This document shows positions 62,249 to 64,000 of a stretch of DNA of 64,000 bases, piece by piece. Where the stretch lies: positions 692,859-756,858 of the forward strand of contig NIVC01000221.1 in assembly GCA_002269645.1 (NCBI GenBank). The letters run 5' to 3'. Positions within the stretch are counted from its first letter, which is position 1. Each line of letters starts with the position of its first letter. Origin of the DNA: Macrostomum lignano (Eukaryota). The notes beneath the pieces are model-generated. The model was not told the origin of the DNA. It searched no databases and worked only from the letters and a program-made list of their open reading frames with translations. A program made the position numbers and the translations under genes.

Positions 62249-62906
62249 CTAGCAGCGGTCGGGACGACTGAGTCTGCTCTGGAGGCGATGACGGTACCGA
62301 AGCGGCCCGACGAATATGCGCCATTGTTGCATAAACTTTGGCAATCTCTTTGAGTATGTACGGCCAAGAAGCAGTGCTGCTACTAGTGCTGCGAAAATTA
62401 TAATTAATACCAAACCGATAGCAAGAAAGACAACATAATTTGGCTGCTCATAGTTTGTAGTTGACTGATAATTGTAGGCAGCTGCAGCATTATTATTAGT
62501 GGACGCAAATCTACTAGCAACCGAAGCGACACTGTTCAATGTGGAAAGATGGGTGATGGTGGAAGCTTCACGTGTTGTACTAGCGCTTGTAGAAGGCAAA
62601 GTAGTAGTTTGGTACTGTTGTCGCAGTAATACAATTCTTTTAATTTTGAACAAAACTCGTCACTAGGACGTGGCTGACTGCAATGCTGCCAAGTGGCCTC
62701 ACAATGTACACAAGTGCAGTGGACATCGTAGTACTCATTTTCGGAGCAATTTAGCATGTTCTGAGTTTGCCGGACGCACTCGTACCGACTCATTGGGTAG
62801 CTCAGTGGATTTTTACACTCATCGACAGAACCAAATTAGACATCAAGTTGATCTGAATCAGAGTTACAAAAGTCAGAAATTTCCAAATTTGGTTATTTGC
62901 TGCCAT
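62249..62906 (-). pseudogene. TNFR-like single-CRD type I membrane protein D with two apparent 1-nt frameshifts
   Basis: ATG at 62906 (MAANNQIWKFLTFVTLIQINL, signal-like); frameshift near 62835 into ..ECVRQTQNMLNCSENEYYDVHCTCVHCEATWQHC..DEFC..LYYC; frameshift near 62625 into a T/S-rich stalk and TM VVFLAIGLVLIIIFAALVAALLL-GR. Confidence 0.7.
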
Positions 62907-64000
62907 CACCAGACTTCTCCAGGGAAGAGAGCGCTATCGCAGCCCGTTTTAGCTCACATGCATGAAATTTTAGCAAGGCATTTAAAGAGAGCATATAGAC
63001 GACATTGATATACAAACAAGTAGGGGACACATTTAAAAATCATTTCGTTAAGATGAACAGAAACTGTAACTGAAAAAGTACAAAAAATCAACTCTTTACC
63101 AGTACTATTTCTGCATTAAAATTAAAAGTCTACCATTTGTCATCTTGCCTTATGAGACTATAAGGGCCTTTAATATTTTGTAGCCATAAATACTTATTTA
63201 AAGCAGTGAATTAAATTTAAAGACATCAATATTAAATTTATGACGTTTATTTTTACAAGCAAAATTTACAATGTTTACAACAGATCAAGTGGCGCTTGGA
63301 AGTAATAATTTAAATCAATAAAATAACGTGCAAACAAAAAAGACAAAAAACAACTGGCGGATATTAAATAAGCTTCTTTTGATTTTGATTAATTGCTTTC
63401 GTTATTTCAAACACAATAGTTTTTCGAAAACATATAAAAGTAATTCTCCAGCTACACACTAGCATTGAATGCCAAGTATAATATAAGCAGATATGAGAGA
63501 GCATATGCAAATAGGACGGAACGAAAACGCACAATTTAATATTTTGACATGGGCTCGCAATATGTTGTGCTTCGAATGTACAAAACGGAATAATATTTGC
63601 CGGTGAAAAAATGACGCATTATTAGATTAATATATGCCAATCCCACCGCCTAAAACATTGGGTTCATCGCTGCGAGTGGTCTGGTAGCGCATTAGCGTTG
63701 TCTTTTAAATGCCATAGCGCGAACGGGTGACGCAACACCTAGCACCATTTTCCTGGCCACGCTGGAAACCTGACCATCGCTATTAACAACAACAGCAACA
63801 TTGATAGTCAATTAGCAGGTTTTAAGTCACACTTGGTAATTTAGCTGTTTTAAAAACTAGAAAGAAAGACGCATAAAGACATTTAAATTTTTTAAGTACA
63901 GTGTACATTTTCTTTAGTGATATTTATCTGGTGCTGTTTAAAACAGAACAAGGCTTTTTAAAAATTCAAAAATTAAGAATTGGAATACTTCACACGATAT

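Noticed and set aside
63740-63805. Signal-peptide-like MLLLLLIAMV on the minus strand upstream of receptor D
   Set aside because: Stops after 20 codons and derives from a short (TGT)n run; no convincing splice to a CRD.

Overview
Eukaryotic, intron-rich animal DNA dominated by micro- and minisatellites. The repeat style is reminiscent of the flatworm Macrostomum lignano, but this is an inference that needs a BLAST check. Genes reconstructed by hand, all on the minus strand: (1) a 2-exon secreted WSC + PAN/apple-like protein (9952-10823); (2) a 14-exon TRPM-family cation channel of about 1206 aa (14166-36316), most of whose introns carry their own tandem repeat and one of which holds a young Ty3/Gypsy element with identical 173-bp LTRs and a 5-bp TSD; (3) a 4-exon DEAD-box helicase DDX49/Dbp8 (42138-45874); and (4) the main highlight, a co-oriented cluster (47.4-62.9 kb) of five copies of a highly diverged single cysteine-rich-domain module. 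Four of the copies sit in type I membrane-protein architectures resembling the small TNF-receptor group (BCMA/TACI/Fn14/Grindelwald-like), one of them frameshifted; the fifth is a TM-less partial duplicate that could encode a soluble decoy. Also present are two decayed RTE-like non-LTR retrotransposon fragments, MITEs with clear TSDs (MULE-like 9 bp, hAT-like 8 bp), foldback elements and a tRNA-derived CORE-SINE. Most long ORFs in the supplied track are artefacts of stop-free repeats.
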